Origin: Chrysomallon squamiferum
Taxonomy: Eukaryota > Animalia > Mollusca
Length of the DNA stretch: 64,000 nucleotides
Assembly: GCA_012295275.1 (NCBI GenBank)
Contig: CM022666.1
Location: forward strand, 16,554,001-16,618,000
Reading direction: 5' to 3'
The position numbers and the translations under genes are program-made. The notes under the pieces were generated by a model, which made no database searches, was not told the origin of the DNA, and worked only from the letters and a program-made list of their open reading frames with translations. Of the stretch, positions 29,003-44,089 are shown in pieces (the first letter of the stretch is position 1; each line of letters opens with the position of its first letter).

Positions 29003-30865
29003 GCATTTGTATATACACACCTAATCATAAAGTACCTAATTGTGCTCTGCATCAAATTCCTTTTTTTTTTTTTGTTCTCTGTCTGTCTGTCTGTCTGTCT
29101 GTCTGTACACGCAGATATTAATTCACGTACATGTTTGATTTAAAAACTTTTTCTTCGTTATTTTTTCTTTTTCTTTCTTTCTCTCCGAAAAACGTTACAA
29201 ACTGTTAACAATATGACTGGTTTAAAATTCCAGACAAAAATTATTTTAAAAATACTAAAATTCTATTACTTTTTCTACAAAGAATTTTAACCCCTATCGA
29301 CAGTAAAACATCGACATCTGGTACTGACAACGTCATTACCTCGACATCGACAATAAAACATACACATCTGCCGCTGACATCTCCATTACCTCAGAATTCC
29401 ACATTTCCGGTTTTCGTCCAGTCTTTTAAATCTTAGCCAGTCTTGTCGAAAGTTCTCACCAGATAATCTTATTTCTACATTAATTTCTTCTCATGTTATT
29501 AATCGCTTTCGAGAATATTACTTTGGAAGAAAACTCAATATCCGCTGAAAATTTACATATTTATCCCGTCTTCTGACAGAACCAGTGGGAGAGAGGGGTG
29601 ATCGAGATCTCACGGCCGCCATATTGATCTTTGTGAAAGTTATTTCCACGTCTGCGTCCAGGGAGGAGCGTGTTTGTGTCTTCGCGAGACTCCCGTTGTC
29701 GGACACTGAGGAAATGAAATCGCTGAGACGCAAAGAAGATAAGAGAAGAATGAGTAGGGAAGCCATTAGACATAAAAAGAAATCTAGCGAGACTTCATAA
29801 ATCACGCCAAGCATCAACACAGACCGGTTTATGGTCGCAGTCTTTGAGCGAAATAATCTTTGTTTGGTGCTCTCCTTCTGTCGGAGGAATTACCATTTGG
29901 TACAGCCTCAAAGAGTAACGACAGAGCGATGATGAAAGCTGCTGGTTTAAATTAGACATGTTATTTCAAATAAGATTATTTCAGTTCTCAACATAAAGGC
30001 AGTGAAAATAGCTATTTTCTTTAACCTTTTGTTGTTCGTTGATTCTGCACGGTAATAAATAAAGCAAAATAGTTTTTTAACAAATGACATAAAGTGTGTT
30101 TATATTAGCTATCCGAGACACGAGGAAATGAAGTTCGGTATAATGTTAAAAATAAAATAAATAACTGCAAGAACAAAAGCAACAACAACGGAAGAAAAAT
30201 ATTTAAATAAATAAATTGTCTTCGGTATAAAATAGAAATAAAAACGAATGTTTTAACTTCCTTTTTTTTTCAAAAAAGAAAAGAACGAAAGATAAGAAAA
30301 TAATTCTGCATTGCGCGGATAATAAAAGTATATTCTTTATTTCTTTCTATCGTTTATTTGTCTATTCATTTATACTAAAGAGTAATTAGCTACTTTTTAA
30401 AATACGATTAATTATAAGTACAGCGAGACAGATGAATAGACAGACAGACATACAGAGCTGAGGTATAATACAGCAAGAAAAAAAATAACTAACAAGAAAT
30501 ATACATATACACACAAATTTGCTGTTTTATAAATAAACGTCTGTTAACAGAATATCGCAGACTGTGCAGCTTTTAACGCCAGTGAACAGAGTATTACAAT
30601 GTTAACACAATTACGTCACAACAGGACAATTTAACACACTACAATTTACATAGCCGTGACGTTCACTTTTTATTATTACAAAAACGTAACACTTTGATAA
30701 TAAGGCTACTCGGAAGTCAATCACGTGTCTCAGAATGAGGTAACGGAAATGACGACAGCCTGAAGACATATTTAAAGCGATCACCAGCTCTTAGTGTCAT
30801 TAACCTCGATGACGTAAAATTTAAGGTGCTGGATTTATTAAGGTTTAACAAAGGAACATCAAACA

Positions 30866-30896
<31 letters not shown>

Positions 30897-31386
30897 AACG
30901 GTCAAATATGCAAAGATGCCTTTAATAATTCGTTCACAGAAGCATGTAATTAAATCACGTTTTGTTAAAAAATTTCCACGTTCAGAGATTTCGTTTTTTG
31001 AGAAAATTACAATGACGTCACGTGTTAAAGACTTACCTAGTAAAGAAAGAATTTTGAAGAAAATCTTAGTTCTTGTTTAAAGTTTCAAAGAAAGGTTTAA
31101 ACTAAAGGGGAAGAAGATGAGAAAATATGCTTCACTTTGTTTGTCAGTGAACATCTAACAAAACTTGCTTCGTCTTCTGTTCAGTGATTTCCGCCGTTCC
31201 GGTGCTCTGTGTGTTCACGGCAGGAAAGAGGAATGACAGGCTTGTCAAATTTAAAGGGTTAATTATTTCTGTAAATGAGTTTTAAAGGTCAGAGTAGATA
31301 AAAGTCAACTAGAAACTTGTTTTGTCGTCTGCAGTTAATCCTTGCTCGTCGTCCTCCGTCGAGAAATAAAACTAATAACACTGATG

Positions 31387-31418
<32 letters not shown>

Positions 31419-32187
31419 GATAACATCATTGACGATAATTGTAGTAGTAATAGCAGTAGGGTGATAGTAGGAGTAGTTGTAGTGGTAGAAGTAGTAGTAG
31501 TAGAAATATTTTAACAGTAGTAGCAGCAGCAGCTGTTGTTGTAGCAGCAATAATTGTTCTGACGATATTTTGTGTTGTTGTTGTTGTTGTTATTATTATT
31601 ATTATTATTATTATGTTATTGATTTATTTATTTTGTGAATTTATTTCGTAGCACTGTCTTACACTGTAAAGTGCGATCTCACAGTTACGTGACGTAACGT
31701 TTGCACATTGCACACTGTGTTTAATGGTGTGCTGTGTGGCGACGCCTGTTGGGGATCAGAGAGAAAACTGTGCACATATTTCCCATACAAATCTTTTTTT
31801 TTCTTTTTTTCTTATCGCCGCCTGTTTAAATTAAGGGGAGTGTTTTCCCCCACCCTCCTGTCTTGTTAAAAAAAAGTGAGTGCAGCACTGTCTTCTGAGG
31901 TGAACTGAGGTGAGCTGAGGTGAGCCGGTGTGCAAGAGGTGACCTTTGTTAGCTGTAATATCCTTCAGACGACATCAAACAGCGAGTAGCAGACGATAAC
32001 AAACAATAACGCAAACGTGTGAATCTGTCACGTGACCCACTGAGCTTTGAAATAGACACTTGAATAATAATTGGAAAAAATACTTAGACACGGTTATAAA
32101 TGAACACATACAGATATAAACGTAGACATATATACACTGAAAACAAAAGAGGGTGTATGAGTGTGTGTGTGTGTGTGTGAGAGAGAG

Positions 32188-32286
<99 letters not shown>

Positions 32287-33737
32287 AAGAGAAGACTTTC
32301 TGTAACAGTGTAAGATAATAACCGCTGTAATGTTGTAGTTATTAATTTAAAACTGGGGGTACGTCGTACAGTGAGAAAAGTCTAGAACGAATTCTGATCT
32401 GTTCCTTGATGCTTATCCAAGCGTCACATTTCCCGCCCGCACAACCACAGGTGCACACACGTTAGTCTTCACGTGTCGATTGTTTTTCTTTAAACGTGAA
32501 AATCATTCTTTTTGTGTTAACTTATCTTCTTTCTTTTTATTAATTGTTGATCAGTCTTTCACTTGCTCTGCGTATAATGTCATATAAGATATTTTAGGAT
32601 TTTTGTTTTTTTGTTTTTTATTTAATTAAATGCAGAACAAAGCCGAAAATCTTAATATTAAAAATATAAAGTTATAAACTGAAATAAACATATTTTTGAA
32701 GCACGCTCTCACCCACATCCAGTATTTTATTGTAAGCTTACGTTGTCGCTGATGTTGTTGTTATAAAATATTTCTTTTAGGAATGAAGTCAAAGGTTAGC
32801 TTTTGATCAATTATATATTATTTATACACAAAATAAAAAAGCAAAAGAGACACATTTAAAACTTTATTTCGCGCCAAAATATTTCTTTTCTAAAGCATCA
32901 ACACATCAATAAACTTGACACCCACAAAACTGTGATTTTTTCCTAATCCCCAAAACACCCGTCATCCCCACGCTTTACACTAAACGTGTACACCCACTGT
33001 ACAGCACGTTCTACCCCTCCCCCTGGCCTCAATTTCTTTTATTTTCTTTTTAAAACTTTTTCTCTGAGCTTGCAAAGCAGAGAAGGTTATTTAGATTATG
33101 CAGCGGAATTATCAGTGGACACAAAAACACAGCCTCCTACCCCTTTGTGCGTTTCCAGTCGCCAGTGGATTCGCATTGCAAACCTTCATTGTCTAGCGTG
33201 ATCTATGTCAAATACAGAGACCTCTGAAAGTTTCCAGCCTAAATGAAATGGAAATACAATAGCAGGCTTATATAATTTATACGTTTTTCATAATGATCAA
33301 TTTCACTGACGTCCTGCACTTTTAGAAATTTAAGAAGCGAGAAAGGAAAAAAGAAAGAATACGAAGAAAAAGAAGAAAAAGATACTTGTTCGGATACTTG
33401 ACTTTAGTTGATCGTTTTAAACTCTGCAGAGAAATAAAAAAAAAAAAAAGGAAAGAAAGAAAAAAGAAGAAAAAGGCGGGAGAAATCATGTTTTTTGTGA
33501 GTGTGAAATTGATACAGGATGTGGTTTTCTGTTGAACAAAAAAAAAAAAAAAAAAAAAAAGGGGGGTTGAAGTATTTGATCGTTTAAAAAGTAAAACAGT
33601 TTAAATAAGATGAATTACTTACCTAAACCATCAGTAGTTAAAAAAAATAATGAATCATCATTTCTACTCAAACGTAAACACTTAAATACTATCAACAAAA
33701 TAAGCTGTAGTAATGAATAAAGAAAGAAAAGGTGAAA

Positions 33738-33786
<49 letters not shown>

Positions 33787-34456
33787 TTTGATTATTATAA
33801 TAAAAATAACATTATCTATAACAATGACAACAACAAAAAGAAGAAGAAGAACAACAAACTCTATTAAAATAGAGCTGACATTAATTTAACTTCTAACATC
33901 GGGTTTCTTATTGTATTTTCATTACATACAGGTATTATCCTTGACATACACATTAAAATTAAAATTTGTTTAAAAACATAAACATCATTCTCCATTCATT
34001 TGTTTATTAATGATAAAAGAGTTTAGCTGAGTTAATTTGTTAAAAACGTCGACCATAACTCTTTAAATTACCCATTTCTCCTACTTAATTATCTTTCTAT
34101 AACTTTTTTCATTAAATAACAAGATAAACGAGATCACCATGGAAACCATTGTTTGTTGTTATGACTGACATATGTCTGTACAATGGAGACCGCGTCCGAT
34201 AGCTAACGACTCGTTACAAAGTATTCATATCAAACGGCCCGAACAACAATACGCACTGATTTCAAATTCAGATCTTCCCGATTGGGAATGCGGACAAATT
34301 TGTTGTCGTTTGTTTAAATACGCGAGACTGGATGACTGGTGAAGTAAACTCATTTTGTCACCGCGCCTGCTATCGATCCGTGCTCTAATACTTCATACAC
34401 TAGAGAGTTCTAAAACATTACTATAACAGCCGTGTAGGCTAGAATGTTATAAAACA

Positions 34457-34523
<67 letters not shown>

Positions 34524-34759
34524 GTACACAGTACGTATATACATACTTACACAATTCACTAATACGTAATTACATATACACTACACACACGTACATAAAT
34601 ATATTCATACATAATATAAGGAATTGCATTACATGTAAGTACATACGTGCATCTATATATAGAAATAGATAGACAGACATAATACATACATACATACAAT
34701 ATGCATGCAGATAGATATATAGATGGATAGATATGTAGTGAGAGAATCGAACGTCTATA

Positions 34760-35235
34760 TAATTATAAATACAGATATATATCTACATCTATCTGTCTAT
34801 CTATCTATAGTGTCAGAGAGATAATATAAAACTGTAGATGCAGATATATGTGTATGAGATACTTTGGATTATACAGTATCTAGGTAACAGTATTAAACAG
34901 TAAGAGAATTATAAATACAGATATATGTGTACATCTATCTGTCTATCTATCTATAGTGACAGAGAGATAATATAAAACTGTAGATACAGATATATGTGTA
35001 TATGAGATACTTTGGATGATACAGTATCTAGGTAACAGTATTAAACAGTAAGAGAATTATAAATACAGATATATATGTGTATGAGATACTTTGGATGATA
35101 CAGTATCTAGGTAACAGTATTAAACAGTAAGAGAATTATAAATACAGATATATGTGTATATGTGTATATGAGATACAGTATCTAGGTAACAGTATCTAGG
35201 TAACAGTATCTAGGTAACAGTATTAAACAGTAAGA
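34760..35235. repeat. Nested tandem repeat (about 146-bp units collapsing to a 14-bp unit AGTATCTAGGTAAC)
   Basis: GTATCTAGGTAAC at 34876, 35024, 35103, 35178, 35192 and 35206. Confidence 0.9.
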
Positions 35236-35636
35236 AAAGGTGTCAAACAAAAGAGAGGCGTCTCACAGTTTTCCGGTGTTTTAAGAAATGTGCTAAATAA
35301 ACGTCTCTCAACATTCTACCTGCGTGTTTCTTATCTAGTGTATTTCTCAGTTGTCAGATGATATAAAACAGTAAAGTTCACTGAGCGCTGGAGGCAGGAA
35401 GATTTGACTCACTTCACAGAGGGGTTTGTAGTTTGTAGTTTGTAGTTTGTTAACACAACACCTCCACCTTTATCAGCAGTCTTATACCTGACCTTTAATT
35501 TGTAGATAAACAGTGTTCTCTCTTCCGTCTGTTTTATTCTACCTTTCGATTATCTCTGTATTTCTCTTTCTGGAATCATATCATTACTTTGTCTTATCTC
35601 CGTATTCCTCTTTTCTATCTCTTCTGCCTGTCTGTG

Positions 35637-35734
<98 letters not shown>

Positions 35735-36339
35735 TCCCTCCCCTCTCTCTCTCTCTCCACGCTTTCTATTTTTCCCATCGTTTTCTCTGCTGGATATTGG
35801 CTGAACACGTAATCTCAAGATTCAGCAGTTGCAAAGATAACATCTTTTTTAAAGTAATGATAATACGAGTGAAAGATTCACAGCAGACAGTTTATATCAA
35901 AGATGTTCAAATCGAGGCTCACGAGCAACACGCACTTCATTGACATTTAATGTGCAGATCGTAAAATAGCTTACTAGAGTTATTTTTCTGATAAGAGGTA
36001 ATGATTTTTAATTTGTTTCTGCTCAACATGCAACAAAATTTATTTATTTTATTTTTTTTAAATCTTTTAAATTACAGAGCTTTATGCTAATAAGAAGTTC
36101 TGTCTACCGTATGAAATATAAAAAACATATGAAATATAAAACAAGTATGAAATATTTGTTGCTCTTCTGGTTTCAGGTGTGTGAAGTATATCTTGCCTGA
36201 ATCTAGTGATTCTCAGATTCCTGATTCATAGTCCAGACTAAGAAATGATTAACAATATTTTAATTTATCACTGATGAAGATAAACGGCACCAGCTGTTGT
36301 ACTAAAATGAGCACTGTCTAGATCCGGTCATAGCTAAAT

Positions 36340-36402
36340 ATGTTCACTGAGGAGAACAGATCCTGGTACACTGGGCTCACGATCTAACCACTGAGCCGCT
36401 GT
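36340..36402 (-). mobile_element. Possible decayed tRNA-derived SINE head
   Basis: Minus strand reads GCGGCTCAGTGGTTAGA (A-box-like) followed by a very degenerate B-box-like GGATCTGTTCTC; single copy in the window. Confidence 0.25.
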
Positions 36403-36638
36403 GATGTTTACACGTGAGTGAGAATTCTCTGACTGGTAAAACGTAAACACTGAGAAAGGAAACAGGAACAGCGCGTCGCTGTGTTTCTTCGTGAAGTTTA
36501 CAACTCGAGTCTGAACGACATTTACAGCAAAGAAATAAAATAATAAACTGTACGCCACATCGGCAGAGATTGTTTAAAAAGAGAAAAAATCTATGACATG
36601 TTTAATGTAAGACTTCTGTTATAACCAAACCACGTTAG

Positions 36639-36744
<106 letters not shown>

Positions 36745-37453
36745 CGATATATATATAAAGTAATCAGTAAGAGAGCGAGTCAGACAATTTTAGAGAGTCA
36801 AACACATAAAAAGAGAGGAGATATAGAAAGTTAGAGGTACACGAAAATAATCATAGACATGGAGACATAGAAAGCGTCTGAAAGAGAGACAGACAGAGAC
36901 ACAGCAATAGAGAGAGGAAGACAGAGGGACAGAAAAAGAGAGAAAGAGACAGCTACGCAGAGACACAGAGACACAGTGAAGGAGAGAGAGAGAGAACGGG
37001 GAAGGGGTGTATCATGTATACCCGTATTTAAACAATGATATACATCTGGTAATCAATACCTATGATAGTTTCTATACACACACACTTAAAGTGACCGGGT
37101 ATAAACACTGATAAACAACAGACAACTGTCGCAGCCCGTGCACGTCGCTTTCAGCAGTGTAACTAATCCAGTCACTGACATGCACGAGCACACACACCCA
37201 TGTGATTACACTGGAGTCCACGTTAATACAATATCTCTGTGCTGCTCACTCGGCCGTGACGCTACATGCATTAACCGTCCTCGGCTAACGGTAAAAGACG
37301 ATGTGTACCGTTAAACATAAAAAAATATAAAATCTTAAAATTTATTAAAAACAATTATTAATAACCGTGTTGTACAAAATGGTATGTACTATCTTCTTAT
37401 TTCATTTTCTTATTTGTCATTTTATTTTTTTATTTTATTAAGCTATTATTAAG

Positions 37454-37496
<43 letters not shown>

Positions 37497-37839
37497 TTTC
37501 TGATCTAGCTATTGTATATTTATAATAAATAAGCAGATTTATTTACATAAAACATCAAATTTTACATTTTTTAATTTATGAAACGACGTTGGGAAACATA
37601 AATCAATTTGCATTTTTGTTTATTGTGTACATAATATGATTTAGATCAATTAAATGTATTCTGTATTATATACTGTATATTAAAAAAAAAAAAAAAAGTT
37701 ATCTTGACATAAATCATTATTTATCAGAATATAACTTTGCACAGTAAATATGGTCACTGAAGTTCAAGGTAAATCCGTGGAGATCGTCGAGTAATTCATG
37801 GTGGGTTTCTATCAATAAGACTCCCCTTGATAGCGTGTC

Positions 37840-37888
37840 CAGCAGTAGTAGTAGCAGCAGAGAACAAACAGTAGTAGTAGTGATTTAA

Positions 37889-37932
<44 letters not shown>

Positions 37933-37953
37933 ATTTATTATTATTATTATTAA

Positions 37954-37991
<38 letters not shown>

Positions 37992-38280
37992 ATGATTTAT
38001 TATTATTATTATTAGTAGTAGTAGTAGTAGTAGTAGTGGTAGTAATATAATAATAATAGTAATAATTAATTATAGTACTAGTGGTGGTAGTGGTGATGGT
38101 CGTAGCAGCAACAAAACTAGAAATAATAGTAATAGTAGTAGTAATACTAGTAGTACTAGTAGTAGTAGTGACAATAGTACTAATAGTAGTAATAGTAGTA
38201 GTAGTAATGTTAGTAGTAATGATAGTAGGTATAGAAATATTAGTATTGATGGTAATAAGTAGTAACAGTAAGATTTTAGT
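37840..38280. repeat. Degenerate (AGT)n trinucleotide repeat
   Basis: Directly visible; similar tracts at ~15337-15630, 47385-47675, 59840-60100 and 60880-61130. Confidence 0.92.
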
Positions 38281-39372
38281 AAGAGTGTAATGTACGTTAT
38301 CACGTGACATTATTTTAAAATAATGTAAAATTTCAGTTTCAGTTGTAGAAAGTTCACCACTGATACTTGATATAAGTAACCTGCAAGTGTTATTTCAAAT
38401 ACAAATAACATTATATAAAACTTTATACTCTTTTAACTTAGCGATTATTTTATTTTATTTTATTTACCGTATCTCATTACTAAAACAACAAATCAGATAT
38501 TTTAATAGTTTTTTTTCCCTTTGAAATGAATGAATAAGTTATAAGAGAATACATTATTTAAATATAGCCTGCGTCATGGTGCAGTGAACAATAAAAAATA
38601 CACACTAGCGTTGTACAAACTTCAAAGACAAAAGCTTTTAATGTAGACGCTGTTGTTTCTTTATGATGATGACGATGACGACGTTTTTTTCAGCAGATAA
38701 TGAAGAAATAATCAGAACGTCTCTAACCCGCCAGCAACAACAGTGACTACAACAACAACAATAAATACAGTACATCAAACATCAACTACTGTTACTCAGC
38801 AAATAAGATATAGTTAATAATCAAAGCCATACGACAATTTTATTTCATTGTTTATTTATTTATTTATTTAAATTTTTGTTTGCTTTCTGTTTCATACGTT
38901 TCCGTTTTTTATTTTTAATCTCTGTTTTCGTTCTTTCTTTTCCCTCATAATTTCATTGTTTCGTTCTTCTGTCCTTTCTATTGTTTCCTTTTTTTTCTTT
39001 ATCTATATGTATGAATATTTTGTTGTTGTTTTTGCTCTGATTTGTTTCTCTAATTTTTTTTTGTTCACTTTTCTTTACTTCTTTTCTTTGTTTCATTGTT
39101 CATTTATGTTTATTTATTTAGTTGTCTTTTGTGTTTATTCTTTAATTTGTTTTAAATAACCAATCACATACACATGCAAACACAAACACAAACACACAAA
39201 TGAACACATGAAAAGGTGTTTGTATAAGACGTTAATTAATCTTATTCAAGACACACTGAACATTAATTTTAATCTGACATTAACGTTTAATTGTGAAACA
39301 GCTAATTAATTATGGACATTAATTAAACGTATTAATAAAAACTGACTAATCAGTAATCATTATATACATACA

Positions 39373-39406
<34 letters not shown>

Positions 39407-39417
39407 CATATATATAT

Positions 39418-39485
<68 letters not shown>

Positions 39486-39486
39486 G

Positions 39487-39575
<89 letters not shown>

Positions 39576-40039
39576 CACACATACATAACCTCAATAAATG
39601 TTTATTTTACTAATTACTTTTATCACATTGTTTGATCTAACACGCAATCGGATTTACGGTAATAATAAATAAAAGTTGTAATAGTAAAAACTCAATTAAA
39701 TTCTAATTATTATAAGATTATTTCAGATCATTACGATAATGTTATTTGTCTTGTTCTGACTTGTTCATTAATCTGGAGATAATCTGTTGGATTACTGCCA
39801 GATAAAACGGTCTATTTATATAACCATGTCAAGACAGTTTTTAATTTCAAAGAATCAATACATTGTTATAACCTGAACTGTCTGTCACGCCTCGATGATT
39901 CTCATATTCGAAGGCTTGGCGTAACGCAATATTCTTTTATAATAAAAGATATCTGTAAATTGTTTAATTTCGTCTGTGTCGTTAGGTAACGAATCGCTAA
40001 TTAAACTCGACTCAAAGTCTTGTATAATCAGGTGATTAC

Positions 40040-40531
40040 TGTGTGTACTAATTGGCCGCGGTTTATGTGTAAATCTGATGTAAATCTTAGTTTTGTAATC
40101 TCGACTGTTAACACGCAAAGCAACGTTCTCGCTACCGATCAATCGACGCCGAGGCATAGTTACATATTTGTCATTGGTCGATATTCGTCACGTGATCCGT
40201 TATGTTATTATTGTAGGTACGCTGGTGTGGAGATCGCGGCGTTCTCTGTGCTAGAAGCAGATTTGTTTGGGTTCGGGAAACTCGCTCGTTGTGGTGAGAG
40301 ATCAGATCGTTCACTGAAAACGTGTCACTGGCGCCAGCTGATAGCAGACGACATTCGGAAACACAGCACACCGGTCTACATTCATTGATCGTCGGCCATT
40401 TCTACATCTCGTCTGCTACTAGTACTACTACTACTACTGTTTACTGTCTGCGGTACATGGAACTCAGGCGCAGTCTCTGATTTATTTTGCCAGCAGTCGT
40501 GGAAGCACTTTCAGGAGGAATTTCCTCCAAG
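40040..40531 (+). promoter_or_regulatory. CpG-rich promoter/5' UTR region of the putative TNF-family gene
   Basis: ATTGG (CCAAT) boxes at ~40051 and ~40173, E-box GTCACGTGAT 40187-40196, kB-like palindrome 40514-40528, raised CpG content directly upstream of the ATG. TSS not determinable. Confidence 0.5.
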
Positions 40532-41008
40532 ATGTCGGGTTTAACGGACGCTGCACACAACCTAATGGAGAGGAACCACGACCAGGATTCCTCGCAGGTT
40601 CTGCTGGATTCTAAGAACGCTCTGAGAACGAACAACGGCAACGCGAAGGCAGAGAAAGCCATGCGCGACTTCGAGTGTCTGCAGGAGAGACTGGCGAAAC
40701 TTACTTGTTATCTTTATGGTTTGACGGCGATCGTCGTTGCAGGAATGTTAATTCTTATCGTCATCGTGGCCGTTCTGTACGGGAAACTCAGCTACGACGT
40801 CCAGCATCATTCGCACCAGCCCAAAGTGGGCGAGCAGATTTCGAAAATTTTGGAAGATGAGGAATTGTGTTTTTTGTGTAGTGCGTTGAAACTTGGGCCC
40901 AGCCCGCAGGAAGAGCACATGTTAGATCAGTTCATTCGCAAACACGACAAAGACGGAGAAAAATGTTGTGTGGAAAGTCCCCCGCAGTTACTAGATCTGC
41001 TCCAGCTG
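40532..41008 (+). CDS. First coding exon (159 codons) of a type II transmembrane protein, probable TNF-superfamily ligand: cytoplasmic tail, TM helix, Cys-containing stalk
   Basis: ATG at 40532 (AAGATGT). Complex, GC-richer ORF MSGLTDAAHNLMERN...; single TM segment YLYGLTAIVVAGMLILIVIVAVLY with no signal peptide; stalk ELCFLCSALKLGPS...EKCCVESPPQLLDLLQL with a CxxC...CC pattern that I recall from molluscan TNF ligands. Ends at consensus donor CTG|GTGAGT (41008/41009), phase 0. The TNF homology domain itself is not in the window, so the family call is from memory of the stalk. Confidence 0.82.
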
Positions 41009-41659
41009 GTGAGTACTCACAGAAATTTTATACTTTAGTACTGTCTCAGATATTTTATACTTTAGTTCTATCAGATATATCTTATAGTTTACCAGTCAGT
41101 TAGAGAAATTCAATATATTACTGTTGTCAGATATTTTCAAATCTTATCACTATTTATATTACACCATCGTCTGAGATATTTTATATTTCTTACCATTGTC
41201 GGATATATTTTATATCTCACCATTATTAGAAATATTTTACATCTTACCATTGTCAGAATATGTTTTTTTAAAATTTAACCAGAGAAATTCTAAAACTTTA
41301 TGTTTATTTATATCAAGAAACATTCATTATAAAAAAAAATGAAAGTCCCAAATTTGTTTAACTTTCATTACCCTATTTTACGTATAGATGATTTTATATA
41401 CCATATAAATTACTGTTCATTATCTATCCCCCCCACACACACACATGTCTGTCTGTTATATAAATGCACGTTCTATAAATTACACTATAATGAAACAAAT
41501 CAACTGAACGCCCTCGCAACAGATGTTTTAATAATATTTTAATCGTAATAACAAAACCCTAAAATAGTAATAAAAAAATACCTAAATAAATAAATTAATA
41601 AATACAAAAAATAAAAAAAAAAGAAATAAGAAAGAAAACGAAGAAAAAACAAACAGCAA

Positions 41660-41726
<67 letters not shown>

Positions 41727-41935
41727 TAAATTAATAGTGATTAGATATTTGTTTTCTCTTAACACAAAACTAATAAATAACATTATTAACAAAGTTAAAA
41801 TAAAGAGTGTTTAAGATGTTTGTTCACAAAAACATTGTTTTGTTTAGATAAAATAAAGTCTCGTCTGTAGGACAAACGTTTAAATCGATGTATGAACAAT
41901 CTGACACCTGGCAACATTAATAAAACAAATAAGAG

Positions 41936-41973
<38 letters not shown>

Positions 41974-43415
41974 CAACTACTCACCTTGTACGTCTGTATA
42001 ACCGTCTGTGTGTTATGTGTGTTCGTGCGTGTATTATTGATACCAATCAGTACTTGTCAAGAGGCGGATTTCCTCTCTCTTATTATCACACACACGCACA
42101 TACACACATACACACACGCACACACACACATACACACACGCATACACACACATATATTCATTGTCCATCTAATCACAGTTTAATAAATACGAATGTTGAC
42201 TACAGTGTTTTGTTTCAAAGATAAAAGTTCACTAGTCAGTAATATCTATACCTATCTATCTGTCTATCTACCTATCTATCTGTCTATCTATCTACCTATC
42301 TGTCTATCTACCTATCTATCTAAATACGAATGTTGACTACAATGTTTGGTTTCAACAATGAAAAAAAGAAAGAAAAAGTACTAAAACGAATAACGCTAAA
42401 TCTTCATAACTACACTAATTTGTAACAAAAAATCTCCATCCGCAAATTCAAAGAGAAAAACACAAGCATACCACAGACTTTCATTGGTAAGAATTTGTAT
42501 GAAAATTTGATGAAGAGTTAATTACTTTTAACTGTTTCTTTATTTATACAAATACTTCTTTATTTAGTTATTTTTATTTTCATTGTGATGTATATTGTAG
42601 CGAGGTGAAATCTTACTAATAACTGTCGTTAGTCCACTAGGAGCGGCTCTGATAACTAAGACTGTGATCTGTTTTATTATCACATACGACTTTTCATAGC
42701 GTATCTGTCTGTTTGTATGTGACCATGACGCAGATTTATTTTTAGATTGTAAACTCTTAGGTTATGTGATTTATACAGATCTATCTATACTCGAGTATCT
42801 TGTTTACTAAACTGAATGAAATATCGTGAAGGAAAACGAGAAATGCTAAATATAATAACAAGAAATATATTACAGTAAATTAAACAGTACAATATTTAAT
42901 TTTTAATAGTGTTAATTAAATGTTTAATTTTGTGTTCAGTTTAGTTTATGTTAAATGTAAACAAAATATATATTTTTGTGTTGTATTGTTATATTATATC
43001 GCATATCATATATATGAATCATTTATCATGTCATACTGGTATATAGATAACAGATTTATGTATATTAATAAAGTTTTTATACACGTTTGGTATATGAAAT
43101 AGATAACTATTTATTTACTGGTAATAATCTGTCTTCTTTCAGAATTTAAATCAGCCTAAAGTTCAAAGTTTTATTTCAGCTGTTAAAGTCACATGACTTA
43201 ATATTTGTAATATATTTTATTATGCCAGACACATTTTAATGTTTTGGGTAAACGATGTAGAAAAATTTCAGCTTTTAGTTTCTTTTCTGAACAGCGATGA
43301 ACGTACATGTTTGAGTTCATTCCTCCTATTTCTTTCTTTTTCTATCTTTATGTTACATCTTTAACAAGATGGATCAGCAGGTATACGTTTAAATAAATCG
43401 TAATAAATAAAACAA

Positions 43416-43481
<66 letters not shown>

Positions 43482-44012
43482 TTAGTTTCGATAATACTAA
43501 ATATTTGTATATAAACACATAGGAACCTATCCATAGACAATATTAATATGTATAAATGCATGTGCGCACAAAATATCCACAAGTTATCCACATAGCTGTA
43601 AAAATAACATCTGTTTACCGGGATGAACATGTTTTTCAACAACACGGCTTTTTAAATTTTTTAGAATTTATTTTAGTTACGTGATTAATTAAAGCGAGCA
43701 GGTTAGAACATCACGTAACCGAATTACAAGTCGGGTGTATCATCCGAATCAGACCTTTTCCTAAATTTACAAGCAGATTAGATAATGACGTTAAAACTCT
43801 GATAACGAAATGACGCAATGGGCTAGCAACGAGATTCAAGCAGCAAGTGTTTCTTCATTTTTCTTCAGTGTTCATTTATTTTTATTGATTGATTGATTTA
43901 TTTATTTTTTTTTTACCTCTAGAAATTAAGTTGAAAGAAGCTTTCAAAACAAATATGTAAAGCTACAAAATATCTTTCTTCCTCTTCTTCTTCTTCTTCT
44001 TTCTTTTCTTCT

Positions 44013-44089
<77 letters not shown>

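Noticed and set aside
29518-29820. Three overlapping 70-100-aa ORFs in a GC-rich block
   Set aside because: No recognisable domain and no convincing splice boundaries; better explained as regulatory DNA.
39885-40662. ORFs overlapping the TNF-like promoter and antisense to exon 1
   Set aside because: By-products of higher GC content; no recognisable protein features. The TTG start at 40487 in the ORF track was replaced by the ATG at 40532.
41009-41038. Read-through of the 183-aa ORF to the stop at 41038
   Set aside because: A perfect GTGAGT donor at 41009 and an in-phase downstream exon indicate the tail VSTHRNFIL is intronic.
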